The notes under the pieces: model-generated
Seen by the model: the letters and a program-made list of their open reading frames with translations, nothing else
Databases searched by the model: none
What the model was told of the DNA's origin: nothing
DNA from: a virus
Lineage: Duplodnaviria; Heunggongvirae; Uroviricota; Caudoviricetes
Reading direction: 5' to 3' (one strand)
DNA length: 32,334 bases
IMG/VR virus record: IMGVR_UViG_2802429240_000010
Program-made: the position numbers and the translations under genes
In this document: in pieces, positions 1 through 9,181 of the stretch
Layout of the letters: every line of letters starts with the position of its first letter
Numbering within the stretch: the first letter of the stretch is position 1

Positions 1-1164
1 TCATTCTTCATCTTCTGTTTCGTACTCCACATCAGAAAGCCTTACCTCAAGCTCCAAGGACGTCGTGAAGCCGCTATTATTCAGAAAATGTGTCACCTTA
101 GTGATTGTCCAGTCCTGCTCGTCTATGACGCGCTTAAAGCCTGACACTTTGACCGGTGTTTCCGTGTAAATATCTGCACGACCGGTAGCCAGGCTAATGG
201 AGAACTCCGCGACGCCCCGTTGCAGTTTGTCCCACTTCGCCTGAGCGGCGCGCATGGCCTGCGCTTTCGTGGCATATACCGTGGTCAGGGCAAAAACGTT
301 GTCAGCCTCACCGGCCATGTATTCACCTTCGCGCGCTTCCGGTACTTTTGGCGCTTTCTTCTGCCTGACCGGTTTCGCTTTCGGGTGCTCCAGTGCGCGC
401 AGGTGTTTCTCTTTCTTTTTGCGTTTCAGTTTTACCTTCTGCTTTTGCGGCTTCGGGTCTTTGGTGTGTAACCACTTTGCCGTTACGCCGGTGTAGGCTC
501 CACGGTCAGCAATCGCAAAATGATGACGGTCGCCGTCGCTGCGGGTGATGGTGACCTGCTGGATTTTTTTACCGCTGGCCGTCACCCCCTGCCCCGCTTT
601 GAGAAACAACAATTTTCCCATTTTTACCGACACCTCACCGCCGTTGCGTTCAGCAAGGCGGGTCAGGAATTTTGCATCAGACTCCTGCGACTGGTCGATG
701 TGCGGGATTTTAATTCCGGCCAGTGACGGCGCGACACTGGCTTCCAGCCTGTTACGGGAGGCTATTGCCTCAACAATCGCACCGAGCGTGGTGTCATGCC
801 AGGAGCCTTCACGGCGGGAATTGAGCGTCCCGCGAAAATCTGCACTCCGGGCGCGGATGGTGACCACATCCGGCGCGCCCCGGTGTTCAACCTCATCAAC
901 GGTAAATTTCCCTTTGCATACCAGGGCAAAACCTTTCCAGCCGATATACACCGTCAGGACAGCGCCACGAATCGGCAGCCCGACCTGCCCGTCGGCATCG
1001 TTCAGTTCAATATCAAGCTGGTCAGCCTCAAAGCCCCGGTTATCCGTCAGAGTCATGCTCATTAGACGGTCGCTGATATTGCCGGTAATATCCCTGCTGT
1101 CGAGCATCAGCATGTAATCCGGCGTCAGCGTACTGCCTGCATCAAATGTCAGTGCATCCAGCAT
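1..1164 (-). CDS. D: P2 gpD-like tail protein (late gene D), 387 aa
   Basis: Full-length translation matches my recollection of P2 gpD in length and sequence; ATG at 1164-1162 shares a base with the stop of U; stop sits at the window edge (1-3). Confidence 0.9.
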   Translation of the reverse strand: MLDALTFDAGSTLTPDYMLMLDSRDITGNISDRLMSMTLTDNRGFEADQLDIELNDADGQVGLPIRGAVLTVYIGWKGFALVCKGKFTVDEVEHRGAPDVVTIRARSADFRGTLNSRREGSWHDTTLGAIVEAIASRNRLEASVAPSLAGIKIPHIDQSQESDAKFLTRLAERNGGEVSVKMGKLLFLKAGQGVTASGKKIQQVTITRSDGDRHHFAIADRGAYTGVTAKWLHTKDPKPQKQKVKLKRKKKEKHLRALEHPKAKPVRQKKAPKVPEAREGEYMAGEADNVFALTTVYATKAQAMRAAQAKWDKLQRGVAEFSISLATGRADIYTETPVKVSGFKRVIDEQDWTITKVTHFLNNSGFTTSLELEVRLSDVEYETEDEE

Positions 1165-1643
1165 TATCCCGCCCCCGTCATACCTGTGAATTTAGTCGCC
1201 ATACTGCCAGCCTTACCGATGAGCGATTCCGCCTGTTTACCGATATCGCCATAAAGCGCGGCCAGTGATTCGTCAACGCGGGTGAGCGACAGCGTAAAAT
1301 CAATTTTTCGGGGTGTGCCGTCTGCAAAGAAAATACTCCCTGTTTCACTCACCTTGCTGATGACATACATGCCGTAAATCATGCCGGTGCCATCCAGCAA
1401 CGGCCACGCCCGACCTTCCTCTGCCATCAGCCTGAGCGTGGTCATCGTCAGCTTGCCGCCGGTCAGTTCGGGATAAAGCACACCGGCCAGCGTCATGTTT
1501 TCCTCGCCAACGCCGAGAAACTGGTAGGCATCCCGTTTACCGATACGGGAATTTGACGGCCAGCGATAATCTGATTCACGCTGCATGGTCTGGTGTGGCA
1601 GCGTCTGGCGCATAAAAACAAACATACCTAACGCGAGCATCAT
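1164..1643 (-). CDS. U: P2 gpU-like tail protein, 159 aa
   Basis: Translation begins MMLALGMFVF as in P2 gpU; same length; sits between T and D as in P2. Confidence 0.9.
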   Translation of the reverse strand: MMLALGMFVFMRQTLPHQTMQRESDYRWPSNSRIGKRDAYQFLGVGEENMTLAGVLYPELTGGKLTMTTLRLMAEEGRAWPLLDGTGMIYGMYVISKVSETGSIFFADGTPRKIDFTLSLTRVDESLAALYGDIGKQAESLIGKAGSMATKFTGMTGAG

Positions 1644-1657
1644 TATTCGTCACCTCC

Positions 1658-4105
1658 TTAACCGTCATGCATCATGCTGGCACGGGCGCGCGCACGTTTA
1701 TCCCGCTCGTATTTTTCGAGCGCATCCTGTAACTGGCGGTCAAGCTGTGTCCCCGGCGCAGTTCCACCCGTCAGGCTGATGTGATATTCGTTTTTACTCT
1801 GGTCCACATAAGAGCGGCCAGCCGGTGCCGTGACCGGCTGATAAGCCTGATAGCCTGCATAAGAGCTGGTCGCCGGAATATAACCACCGGTGCCATACGT
1901 GGCGGCATGAGTTCTGGCGGCGGTCTGGTCAAGTGTGTCTGACTCTTTGTTGATGACCCCGAGCTTTTCCAGTACCCAGTCAATGCCGCTGCGCAGTTTG
2001 TTGAACGCATTAAGCGGCAGCATCAGCGCGTCAGCCAGTGCCTGCCCGAACATGACGCCCGTGTCACGGCAACGGTTCAGGGTGTCCTGTGTGGCTTTGA
2101 CCGGGGCAATCAGGTTTTTAAACCACTGCCACGCGGCCTGTAACTTTTCGCCCAGCCAGTCAAACACCGGCTTAAGTGGCGTGAACAGTTCCCCCACCGG
2201 CGCAAATGCCGCTTTCAGCCCTTCCACCACACCGCCAAAGAATGCGCTGACAGGCTCCCAGTATTTACGGATAAGCAACGCCCCGGCGACAATGGCGGCC
2301 ACCACGGCCACAACCGGCCAGCTAATCGCCCCGATGGCCGTCATAACGGCACTGCCAACCGTCGTGAAGATTGCCCCCATTGCGCCTGCTGCCGCGATGA
2401 TGGCATTGATGCCGGTGATAACCGGCCAGGCTACGAGGCCAATGGCACCGATGATGCCAGTAAGCGCCAGTGCGCCACCGGCAATGAGACCAATGGTTGA
2501 CGCCAGTGATTTGTTTTTCTGTATCCAGCCGTCGAGTTTTAACACATACTTTGTGGCCGTCTGCGTGAGCTTACGCAGCGCGCCTTCCTGCTGGTCAAAC
2601 AGGTCAGTCCCCACCGCCTCATAAGCGGACTGAAACTCCTTAAAGTCACCGCCGAGGTTGTCCTGCATGATATTTACCAGCTCGGCGGTCTTCCCGTCTG
2701 AGGCTTTAAACGCAGCGGTCAGTTTGTCCAGCTTTCCGGTTGAGGCGGCAGTCATCAGCACAGCGGCGGCTGAGCTGGCCTCCTCCCCGAAAATGGTTTT
2801 CATGTATTCAGCCTGCTGGGCAGTACCGAGCCGGTTTTTCTCAAAACTGGCCTGCATTTCTTTCAGAATGGTAAATACTGGTCGGGTATTCCCCTTGCTG
2901 TCTGAGGTTTTCACGCCAAGCTCTTTGAGTGCATCCCATGCTTTTCCCGTCGGTGCCTGCAGGCGACTTAACACGGCACGGCTTCCCGTCCCCGCCATTG
3001 AGCCTGTGATTTTTGCATCATGCAGCGCCCCGACCATTGCGGCGGTTTCTTCAATGCTGACACCGGCATTTTTTGCCACAGGTGCGGCATAGGTCAGCGC
3101 ATCGCTCATGCCGTCAAAATCGGCGGCGGTTTTGTTCATCGTCATGGAGAGAACATCCCCGATATGAGCGACCTTATCGTTTGAAAGCTGAAAGGCAGAT
3201 TTCATCCCCATCAGCAGGGCGGCGTTTTCTTCCATCGTGCGGCGGTTCGCCAGCGCCATATTCAGTGTAACCGGCGTTGCCGCCTGAATGGCATCAACAT
3301 CCCCACCGGCTTTCGCAATAATAATCTGCGCACCGGCTGCATCATCTGCCGAGGCTGCGGTATTGTCGCCGAGCTGACGCGCCTGCTTGCGTAGTGCAGC
3401 CATTTCGGCGGAGTCTTTTGCCACACCTAGCACGGCCTGCAATTCTGAGTTTTTCTGCGCAAACTCATAACCGGGCATCAGCAGCTTAACTCCGGCCATC
3501 GTTCCCGCCGCCGCAATCCCCACACCGGCAGCGCCCACCGAGGCCATATTTCCGGCCAGTTCCTTTCCGGCCTGATAACGCTGTTTTACTGCGTTAAGTT
3601 TTGCCTGTTGCGCACTGACACGCGCCAGCGCATCACGCTGACGGTTAAGCTGTGCGGTGGTTTCACTGATACGGTTTTTCAGTCCCTGCTCATCATGTGC
3701 AAGATTGCGGGTATTAATTCCCACAGCGGCCAGTTCCCGCTGCTGGCGTTTAACGGAATCCGTCAGGCGGTTATATTTCGCCTGTAAGTCCTCCGCCGCT
3801 CGCTTTGCGGATTCCAGCACTTTCGCCTGAGCACGGGTCGGACGTTCGGTGTTTTTAAACTGTGTGGCAAGGGCTTCGGCTTCCTGCCGTGCCTTTTCAA
3901 GTGCATGACCAGTCACGGCGAGCTGTGCACTTGTCTTGCGAAATCCCTCAATACGGGATGCCTGACCGTTCAGCTCGCACAGTGATTTTTGTGTTTCCCG
4001 GATATCCCCCGACAGCGATTTGCTCGCTGTGCGGATGGATTTAAACGGGCGGGATGCCTGGTCAACAGCCCTGAGCAATACCTGTAATTTTACATTGTTA
4101 CTCAT
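1658..4105 (-). CDS. T: Tail tape measure protein (P2 gpT-like), 815 aa
   Basis: Long Ala/Gly-rich, coiled-coil-like protein downstream of the E/E' chaperone pair; length and position match P2 gpT. Confidence 0.9.
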   Translation of the reverse strand: MSNNVKLQVLLRAVDQASRPFKSIRTASKSLSGDIRETQKSLCELNGQASRIEGFRKTSAQLAVTGHALEKARQEAEALATQFKNTERPTRAQAKVLESAKRAAEDLQAKYNRLTDSVKRQQRELAAVGINTRNLAHDEQGLKNRISETTAQLNRQRDALARVSAQQAKLNAVKQRYQAGKELAGNMASVGAAGVGIAAAGTMAGVKLLMPGYEFAQKNSELQAVLGVAKDSAEMAALRKQARQLGDNTAASADDAAGAQIIIAKAGGDVDAIQAATPVTLNMALANRRTMEENAALLMGMKSAFQLSNDKVAHIGDVLSMTMNKTAADFDGMSDALTYAAPVAKNAGVSIEETAAMVGALHDAKITGSMAGTGSRAVLSRLQAPTGKAWDALKELGVKTSDSKGNTRPVFTILKEMQASFEKNRLGTAQQAEYMKTIFGEEASSAAAVLMTAASTGKLDKLTAAFKASDGKTAELVNIMQDNLGGDFKEFQSAYEAVGTDLFDQQEGALRKLTQTATKYVLKLDGWIQKNKSLASTIGLIAGGALALTGIIGAIGLVAWPVITGINAIIAAAGAMGAIFTTVGSAVMTAIGAISWPVVAVVAAIVAGALLIRKYWEPVSAFFGGVVEGLKAAFAPVGELFTPLKPVFDWLGEKLQAAWQWFKNLIAPVKATQDTLNRCRDTGVMFGQALADALMLPLNAFNKLRSGIDWVLEKLGVINKESDTLDQTAARTHAATYGTGGYIPATSSYAGYQAYQPVTAPAGRSYVDQSKNEYHISLTGGTAPGTQLDRQLQDALEKYERDKRARARASMMHDG

Positions 4106-4525
4106 TCGTGTTTCCGCTTCGCCGGAGCGCCTTTTCGCGCCATGTGATGAGTTCGGTCAGGCTCATGGGATACAGTTCTGATGGCGGCCAGTGAAATATC
4201 ACTGCCACATCCGCCATCAGGTCATCGACCGAGAGATTTTTCGGAAACGTCACTGCACCGAGTTCGGCGACAAAAAACCGACCACCTTACCGGCCAGCGC
4301 CACAAGGTCAGGCAGTTCCAGCGCGGCGACTTCCTGCTCGGTCAGCATCGGTGCCGTCATGCGCGGCAGCACCTTAATCAGTGCATCGACTTCGGAGTTT
4401 GCAACCGCAGCCAGACTGACACCGCGCAGCGCCCCGGCATTGGGTTTCATCAGCGTGACCTGTTCGATAACCTGCTCACCACGTTTGACCGGATTTTCCA
4501 GGGTAATGACATTTTCTTTGTTCAT
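4098..4525 (-). CDS. E+E': Tail assembly chaperone gpE+E', 142 aa, made by a programmed -1 ribosomal frameshift
   Basis: I traced the -1 frame by hand from the slippery site: 85 codons in frame 0 plus 57 codons in frame -1 reach the first stop (TAA, plus-strand tta at 4098-4100). That gives 142 aa, the size of P2 gpE+E', and overlaps the start of T as in P2. Confidence 0.75.
4250..4525 (-). CDS. E: Tail assembly chaperone gpE, 91 aa (zero-frame product)
   Basis: 91-aa ORF directly upstream of T; contains the slippery run; equivalent to P2 gpE. Confidence 0.85.
   Translation of the reverse strand: MNKENVITLENPVKRGEQVIEQVTLMKPNAGALRGVSLAAVANSEVDALIKVLPRMTAPMLTEQEVAALELPDLVALAGKVVGFLSPNSVQ
4271..4277 (-). 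other. Slippery heptamer T-TTT-TTG for the E/E' -1 frameshift
   Basis: Minus-strand GGT TTT TTG (plus-strand caaaaaa at 4271-4277) lies in the gpE frame at codons Gly-Phe-Leu; same heptamer as the P2 E/E' site. Confidence 0.75.
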
Positions 4526-4581
4526 GGTTTTCTCACTTCTGAATCAGGGTTAACCGGTCAGCCTGGCTGACCGTATGAAAA

Positions 4582-5100
4582 TCACAGGCCGATATTACGG
4601 CGGTGTTGCTCCAGCCGGTCGACGCCGTTCACCTTCTCAATCATGTTGATGGTGTCGATTTCGACCAGCTCCTTACCGTCCATCGTCAACTTGAAATAAG
4701 TACAAATCACCGGGAGTTTCGATTCGGTATCCTCTCCCTGTTTACCCTCTCCGGTGTCGACTTCTTTCTGACGCCCACGCATGACCACTTCGACGGCCAC
4801 CGTTTCGCCGGTATCGTCGCGCTGGTAAGAACCAGCAAAACGAATCGGTACGGCATCAGCACTGGTTGCAGCGTAAAGCTCCCAGATAACCGAATCCGGG
4901 AATCCACCGAGCGACCACTCCATTGACAGCGCATCATCATCAAGGCCGAGGTCTACCGGTGCGCTGCCGTTCATTCCCGCACCGCGATAATTTTCGAGCT
5001 TACGGGTCAGTTTTGGCAGCGTGACGGACGTTGCAACGCCCTGATAGCTGTAGCCGTTCAGAAAGACATTCATGTATTTGAGTTTGCGCGGCATTGCCAT
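4582..5100 (-). CDS. FII: Tail tube protein (P2 gpFII-like), 172 aa
   Basis: Translation begins MAMPRKLK and has P2 FII length; sits after the sheath gene. Confidence 0.9.
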   Translation of the reverse strand: MAMPRKLKYMNVFLNGYSYQGVATSVTLPKLTRKLENYRGAGMNGSAPVDLGLDDDALSMEWSLGGFPDSVIWELYAATSADAVPIRFAGSYQRDDTGETVAVEVVMRGRQKEVDTGEGKQGEDTESKLPVICTYFKLTMDGKELVEIDTINMIEKVNGVDRLEQHRRNIGL

Positions 5101-5112
5101 CGGTCAGGCTCC

Positions 5113-6303
5113 TTAATTGCTGTTAACCGAGGTGACCAGATTTGCCAGGTATTTATCGGTAATACGCTGGCGCAGGGTCAGGTTTTCGAGAGGAGGCACC
5201 GGGGTATAGTCGTAGTCGATATACAGTTTTCCGGCCTTGAGGGTTTCCGCATCGTTGGATTCTTCGCTGAACCAGCAGGTCGCATCCACGATATAGCCGT
5301 TTGTTTTCAGCTCACGGAATTTGGCATTGATGCCGTCAACGATGTCGCGAATCAGCGTTGCGGTGATGGGCTTGTCCACCGCCCACATGTGCGCCTCAGC
5401 CATCGTGTCGGCCAGCACCTGCGCGGTGCGGGTGTAGTTTTCAAAGAGGAACAGCGGGTCATCAGAGCAGGTACGGTTACCCCAGAAGCGGAAACCGTCA
5501 CGGCGAATCAGCGTTGTGACGCCTGACTCATTCAGCAGGTCAGCATCGGTGCCGGACTCCTGCAAATCCCAGAATACAGATGCGCTGATGCCGGTAACAC
5601 CGTTCACCCCAACGTTGGACAGTGTTTTATGCCAGCCCTGCTCCTGGTCGATTTTAGCGCGCAGACCCAGCGCACGGGCGGTGGCATACGCGGTGGCGGT
5701 GGTACTGGTGACCGTATCCCATGCGAGGAAATCCGGCCAGATGACCATCAGCTCACGCTGGCTGAAATTCTGGCGGTAGGCTTTCACCTCGGAAATAGTT
5801 TTACAGCCCCATGCGCTGATATACCCGAAAGCGCGCAGCTTCTGACAGACTGATGCCAGTGCAACAGCCACCTCTTTGGTGTCCAGTCCCGGCACGCCGA
5901 GAATACGCGGTTTAACACCGGTTACCGACTCCGCCGCCAGCAGGGCTTTCAGTCCGGTGTACTGACCGTTTTCGTCGGTAGTGCCGATGATATTGGAAAC
6001 GGTCTGCGCGAGTTTCGTTTCCTCGTCGTCGCCGGTGCCGTCTTCCACACGCACGACAACGGTGACCGGTTTTGACTGGTCGGCGATGGCCTGCAACGAT
6101 GCCGCCAGCGTGCCTTTTTTACCGGCCTTTGCAATTGCGCTCTGCACATTGGTAATCAGTACAGGTTTATTGAGGGGGAAGGTTTCCGCATCCGCATCGC
6201 TGGCCGTGCAGACCATGCCGACAATGGCAGTGGATACGGTGGAAATGACGCGGGTGCCGTCGTTAATCTCCAGCACCTGCACGCCGTGATGATAGTCACT
6301 CAT
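5113..6303 (-). CDS. FI: Contractile tail sheath protein (P2 gpFI-like), 396 aa
   Basis: 396 aa as in P2 FI; conserved sheath sequence; precedes FII by 12 bp. Confidence 0.9.
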   Translation of the reverse strand: MSDYHHGVQVLEINDGTRVISTVSTAIVGMVCTASDADAETFPLNKPVLITNVQSAIAKAGKKGTLAASLQAIADQSKPVTVVVRVEDGTGDDEETKLAQTVSNIIGTTDENGQYTGLKALLAAESVTGVKPRILGVPGLDTKEVAVALASVCQKLRAFGYISAWGCKTISEVKAYRQNFSQRELMVIWPDFLAWDTVTSTTATAYATARALGLRAKIDQEQGWHKTLSNVGVNGVTGISASVFWDLQESGTDADLLNESGVTTLIRRDGFRFWGNRTCSDDPLFLFENYTRTAQVLADTMAEAHMWAVDKPITATLIRDIVDGINAKFRELKTNGYIVDATCWFSEESNDAETLKAGKLYIDYDYTPVPPLENLTLRQRITDKYLANLVTSVNSN

Positions 6304-6525
6304 CCGTTTAACTCCGTGGTTAATGGGTGAGTGGTATTTTCATGTGTGCCGGAGATGTCAGGCTATTTGTCCCGGTTGGCTGAGGGATGGCACAATTTAT
6401 TCTTTGTCGCTGATGAGGCGAATTTTTTATAGAGCGTGGACAGGTCAATATCAAAAATCAGCGCCACACGTTGACGTGATTCCCTCGCAGCCAGCAATCG
6501 TCCTGCCTGTTCCCACACAGTCGAT

Positions 6526-6570
6526 TATCTGGAGCACTGGAACTTGTCGAAATTTCCAGTGCTCCAGATA
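6526..6570. promoter_or_regulatory. Perfect 15-bp inverted repeat with 15-nt spacer in the G-FI intergenic region; candidate stem-loop, terminator or protein-binding site
   Basis: tatctggagcactgg (6526-6540) is the exact reverse complement of ccagtgctccagata (6556-6570); it lies just downstream of the G stop; no U-tract follows on either strand. Confidence 0.4.
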
Positions 6571-6579
6571 TTGAATGGC

Positions 6580-7182
6580 CTACGCCTCCGGCAGTTCAGG
6601 CCAGATAACATCCGGCGCTGTGCTGGTATCTGTTGCTGTCACCGCGTCAATGTAATCCAGCACAGCGTTAAGCCGGGTTGTTTCTGTTTGCGTCAGTTTG
6701 CGCCCGGCCTGCAATTTCAACTGAATCAGACTAATGGAAGCCATTGCGGCATCAATCAGCGACTGGCGCTGTGTTTCTGCCGTCTCTACTGCGACGTGAT
6801 GTTGCTCCTCAGTATCTGTCACCCATTTCTCACCATCCCATTTATCGTATGGCGTTAACGGGGCGATAGTGGTTGTATTTTCAGGGTAATCACCCGGAGT
6901 TTTAATTTCTTTTGATTCCCCTGTTTCGGTGCTATAGACAATTTCACCACGATGGTCTGATACATATTCCCATGATTTTAAATCCACAGAACGGCAAATT
7001 GTATAACCAGCCTTATGTGTGCCAGGAGCGTCTAAACAGGAATATGCCGGAATACCGACACCCACAGCAAGATATTCAGTTGATGCAGAAATATATTCCC
7101 GCGTCTCACTGTCATAGTTGTAAACGATAATGTTTCCTTCCTGCACGGCAATAAGTTCATTATTTAATACCGCGTGATTCAT
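6580..7182 (-). CDS. G: Tail fibre assembly protein (P2 gpG / Tfa-like), 200 aa
   Basis: Sits immediately downstream of the tail fibre gene; start shares a base with the H stop; acidic N-terminal half and Tfa-like C-terminal region. Confidence 0.75.
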   Translation of the reverse strand: MNHAVLNNELIAVQEGNIIVYNYDSETREYISASTEYLAVGVGIPAYSCLDAPGTHKAGYTICRSVDLKSWEYVSDHRGEIVYSTETGESKEIKTPGDYPENTTTIAPLTPYDKWDGEKWVTDTEEQHHVAVETAETQRQSLIDAAMASISLIQLKLQAGRKLTQTETTRLNAVLDYIDAVTATDTSTAPDVIWPELPEA

Positions 7183-8573
7183 TATGCAGCCCTCACAATA
7201 AAGTTAAATGCAATATTGCGCGGTCGTGTTTCGCTCCCGCCCGTGTTACCAATACTTCCTCGTGAATGCAACCTCGGAGCCGGAATAAGGGTTCCCCCTG
7301 TATAAACGGCGTCAAGCCCCCGACCTTGTGTGTATGTATTCTGAAAAATTGTAGCCAACTCCCATTCTTCACCTGAATCATAACCATCGTTGGCAACAAC
7401 AATATGGCGGTGCTTCTCCAGCATCCCAGCCTGAATGCTCAATAAAGCACGTCCTGCATCAATACCACGCCCGTCATCCCATCCACGAATAAACTCACCA
7501 CGTAAATCCAGCAGTTTCCCTGACGGGTATGCTTTGGCAAGGTTGGGATATTTCACTTTATCAAAGGCAGCACCATTGCATTTCAGCCAGCCTGTCGGCG
7601 GAGTAGCAGAAGGCCACGGAATCGGTACACCAACAGGCAATGCAGAGCCTTCTCCCAAACCAAGATAATCAAGAACTCCCTGTGTGCTGGGCTTACTAAG
7701 AATGGCACGACCAACACTTGTCAGTGCAGTTAACGCGGCACGATCTACCCCTGTAAAATAAGGGAGTTTATCTGCCGCTGTAGCAAGCCCTGCCAGAGCA
7801 GTGAGTATGGCGTCTGCCGGTTGTCTTCCATTAGCCAGGTCGTATGCAGCCTTTACCGCTTTTGGCGTTGCAGCCAGTGTTTCAGATGTGCTGTTGGTTG
7901 CACTACTGAGCTGAACAAGCCCTTTTCGTGCCGTAGTCGCATCCTGAGCGGTATATTTCCCGTTAGCCAGGTCATATGCAGCCTTAACCGCTTTCGGTGT
8001 TGCGGCCAGTGTTTCAGATGTGCTGTTGGTTGCACTGCTTAACTGAGTAAAACCTTTTTCTGTCAGCGAGGCATCCGGGTGACGTCGTGACTGTTCGTGC
8101 TCAGAAATTTTGTCATCCACATATTTACGTGTTGCCAGTACCACAGCCGGGTCGATTTTCAGCGTGATGGCTTCGGTGTTCGTGACAACCAGAATCATGC
8201 GGATAGTCTGGGTGCGGCCACTGCCTTCCTGTAACTGCGGCTTGTACGTTTCCGGGCAGTTCGCCACCGCAATGAGTACGCCTTCATCATCATAAAGCCC
8301 AATCTCACGGATCCAGAATCCGCCCTCGTTCTCAGGGATGATTTGCTCCGCAATAATCTGGCTCTGGTTGTTCGGGTCAACACTCAGAAGATTCAGCGGC
8401 GCGATGCGTTTCTGGTTAATCAGTTTTGTCTGTGCCGGGTCTGGTGTCGGCAAGACACCATTCGCATCACCAACGGCCATTTGCGTCAGATTCAGCTTAC
8501 TGCCGAGCATCGTCGCGTTAGCCAGCCGTGCTGCGCCCTGATTAGTCAGAATGGCGTAGTATTTCACTGTCAT
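7182..8573 (-). CDS. H: Tail fibre protein (P2 gpH-like N-terminus with a different C-terminal receptor-binding region), 463 aa
   Basis: N-terminal ~250 aa resemble P2 gpH, including the duplicated QLSSATNSTSETLAATPKAVKAAYDLANG block; the C-terminus resembles Mu S / lambda Stf-type fibre ends (ETRPRNIAFNFIV); shorter than the 669-aa P2 H. Confidence 0.85.
   Translation of the reverse strand: MTVKYYAILTNQGAARLANATMLGSKLNLTQMAVGDANGVLPTPDPAQTKLINQKRIAPLNLLSVDPNNQSQIIAEQIIPENEGGFWIREIGLYDDEGVLIAVANCPETYKPQLQEGSGRTQTIRMILVVTNTEAITLKIDPAVVLATRKYVDDKISEHEQSRRHPDASLTEKGFTQLSSATNSTSETLAATPKAVKAAYDLANGKYTAQDATTARKGLVQLSSATNSTSETLAATPKAVKAAYDLANGRQPADAILTALAGLATAADKLPYFTGVDRAALTALTSVGRAILSKPSTQGVLDYLGLGEGSALPVGVPIPWPSATPPTGWLKCNGAAFDKVKYPNLAKAYPSGKLLDLRGEFIRGWDDGRGIDAGRALLSIQAGMLEKHRHIVVANDGYDSGEEWELATIFQNTYTQGRGLDAVYTGGTLIPAPRLHSRGSIGNTGGSETRPRNIAFNFIVRAA
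7832..8064. repeat. Imperfect tandem direct repeat (~132-bp unit, 2 copies) inside the tail fibre gene
   Basis: tagccaggtc...cagtgtttcagatgtgctgttggttgcact occurs at 7832 and again at 7964; it encodes the duplicated 44-aa block in gpH. Confidence 0.8.
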
Positions 8574-9181
8574 GCGTTTACTCTCAGGTTATCAATTAAA
8601 TGAATGGCCGAGGCCGGGAAATAATCCCCTCCGACAATAATGGCCTCCGGGGTGTAGGGATAAACCGTCAGGGCGTCACCGTGATAGCATCCCGCACCGG
8701 CAAAAATGTTGCCGGTTGTACTTAAACTGATAGCCAGTCCCGTCAGATGGCGGCTTGCCGGTTTTGCATCAGCAACGAGACGCTCCAGCTCCTGATACAT
8801 TTCCTCGGTAATACCCTGCTCAAGCACGCCAACAACGATGCGGAACGTCCCCGGTTTCTCGTTGAGTTGCCACCACTCCCTCACCTCAATCAGATAGCCA
8901 AGCGGCTCCACCACACGGCGAATCGCACCGATAGTGCCCTTATGGCAGTGAATGAAATACGCATCGCGGATAACAGCGCGTTTGGTCGCTTCCGGCCACT
9001 TATCATCCCAGCGGTCAACCGAAAACGCCCACGCCAGCCACGGCAGCAGATTTGCCGGGCAGGTGTCCGGGTTCCACAGTTCACGAATACTGACCGGCGT
9101 TTTTTCAATTTCCGCACAGGCTTTTGCGGCGGCGACTTCAAGCGGTGATGAGCCGGTCGGCAGCAGGCGCGAATCACTCAT
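8570..9181 (-). CDS. I: Baseplate assembly protein (P2 gpI-like), 203 aa
   Basis: Position between J and H; sequence resembles P2 gpI. Confidence 0.8.
   Translation of the reverse strand: MSDSRLLPTGSSPLEVAAAKACAEIEKTPVSIRELWNPDTCPANLLPWLAWAFSVDRWDDKWPEATKRAVIRDAYFIHCHKGTIGAIRRVVEPLGYLIEVREWWQLNEKPGTFRIVVGVLEQGITEEMYQELERLVADAKPASRHLTGLAISLSTTGNIFAGAGCYHGDALTVYPYTPEAIIVGGDYFPASAIHLIDNLRVNA

Noticed and set aside
545-1117. 190-aa plus-strand ORF antisense to gpD, and smaller ones at 220-726.
   Set aside because: Antisense to a full-length conserved tail gene; Ser/Pro/Arg-rich low-complexity translation.
1935-3092. Long plus-strand ORFs (229 and 144 aa) antisense to the tape measure gene.
   Set aside because: They lie opposite a well-supported conserved gene in GC-rich DNA, where stop-free antisense frames are expected; low-complexity Ser/Ala/Pro-rich translations.
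6323-6574. Plus-strand 83-aa ORF in the G-FI gap, at the Z/fun hotspot position.
   Set aside because: No ribosome-binding site; Cys/Trp/Arg-rich composition typical of a non-coding frame; it overlaps the perfect inverted repeat. Treated as non-coding, though a small cargo gene cannot be fully excluded.
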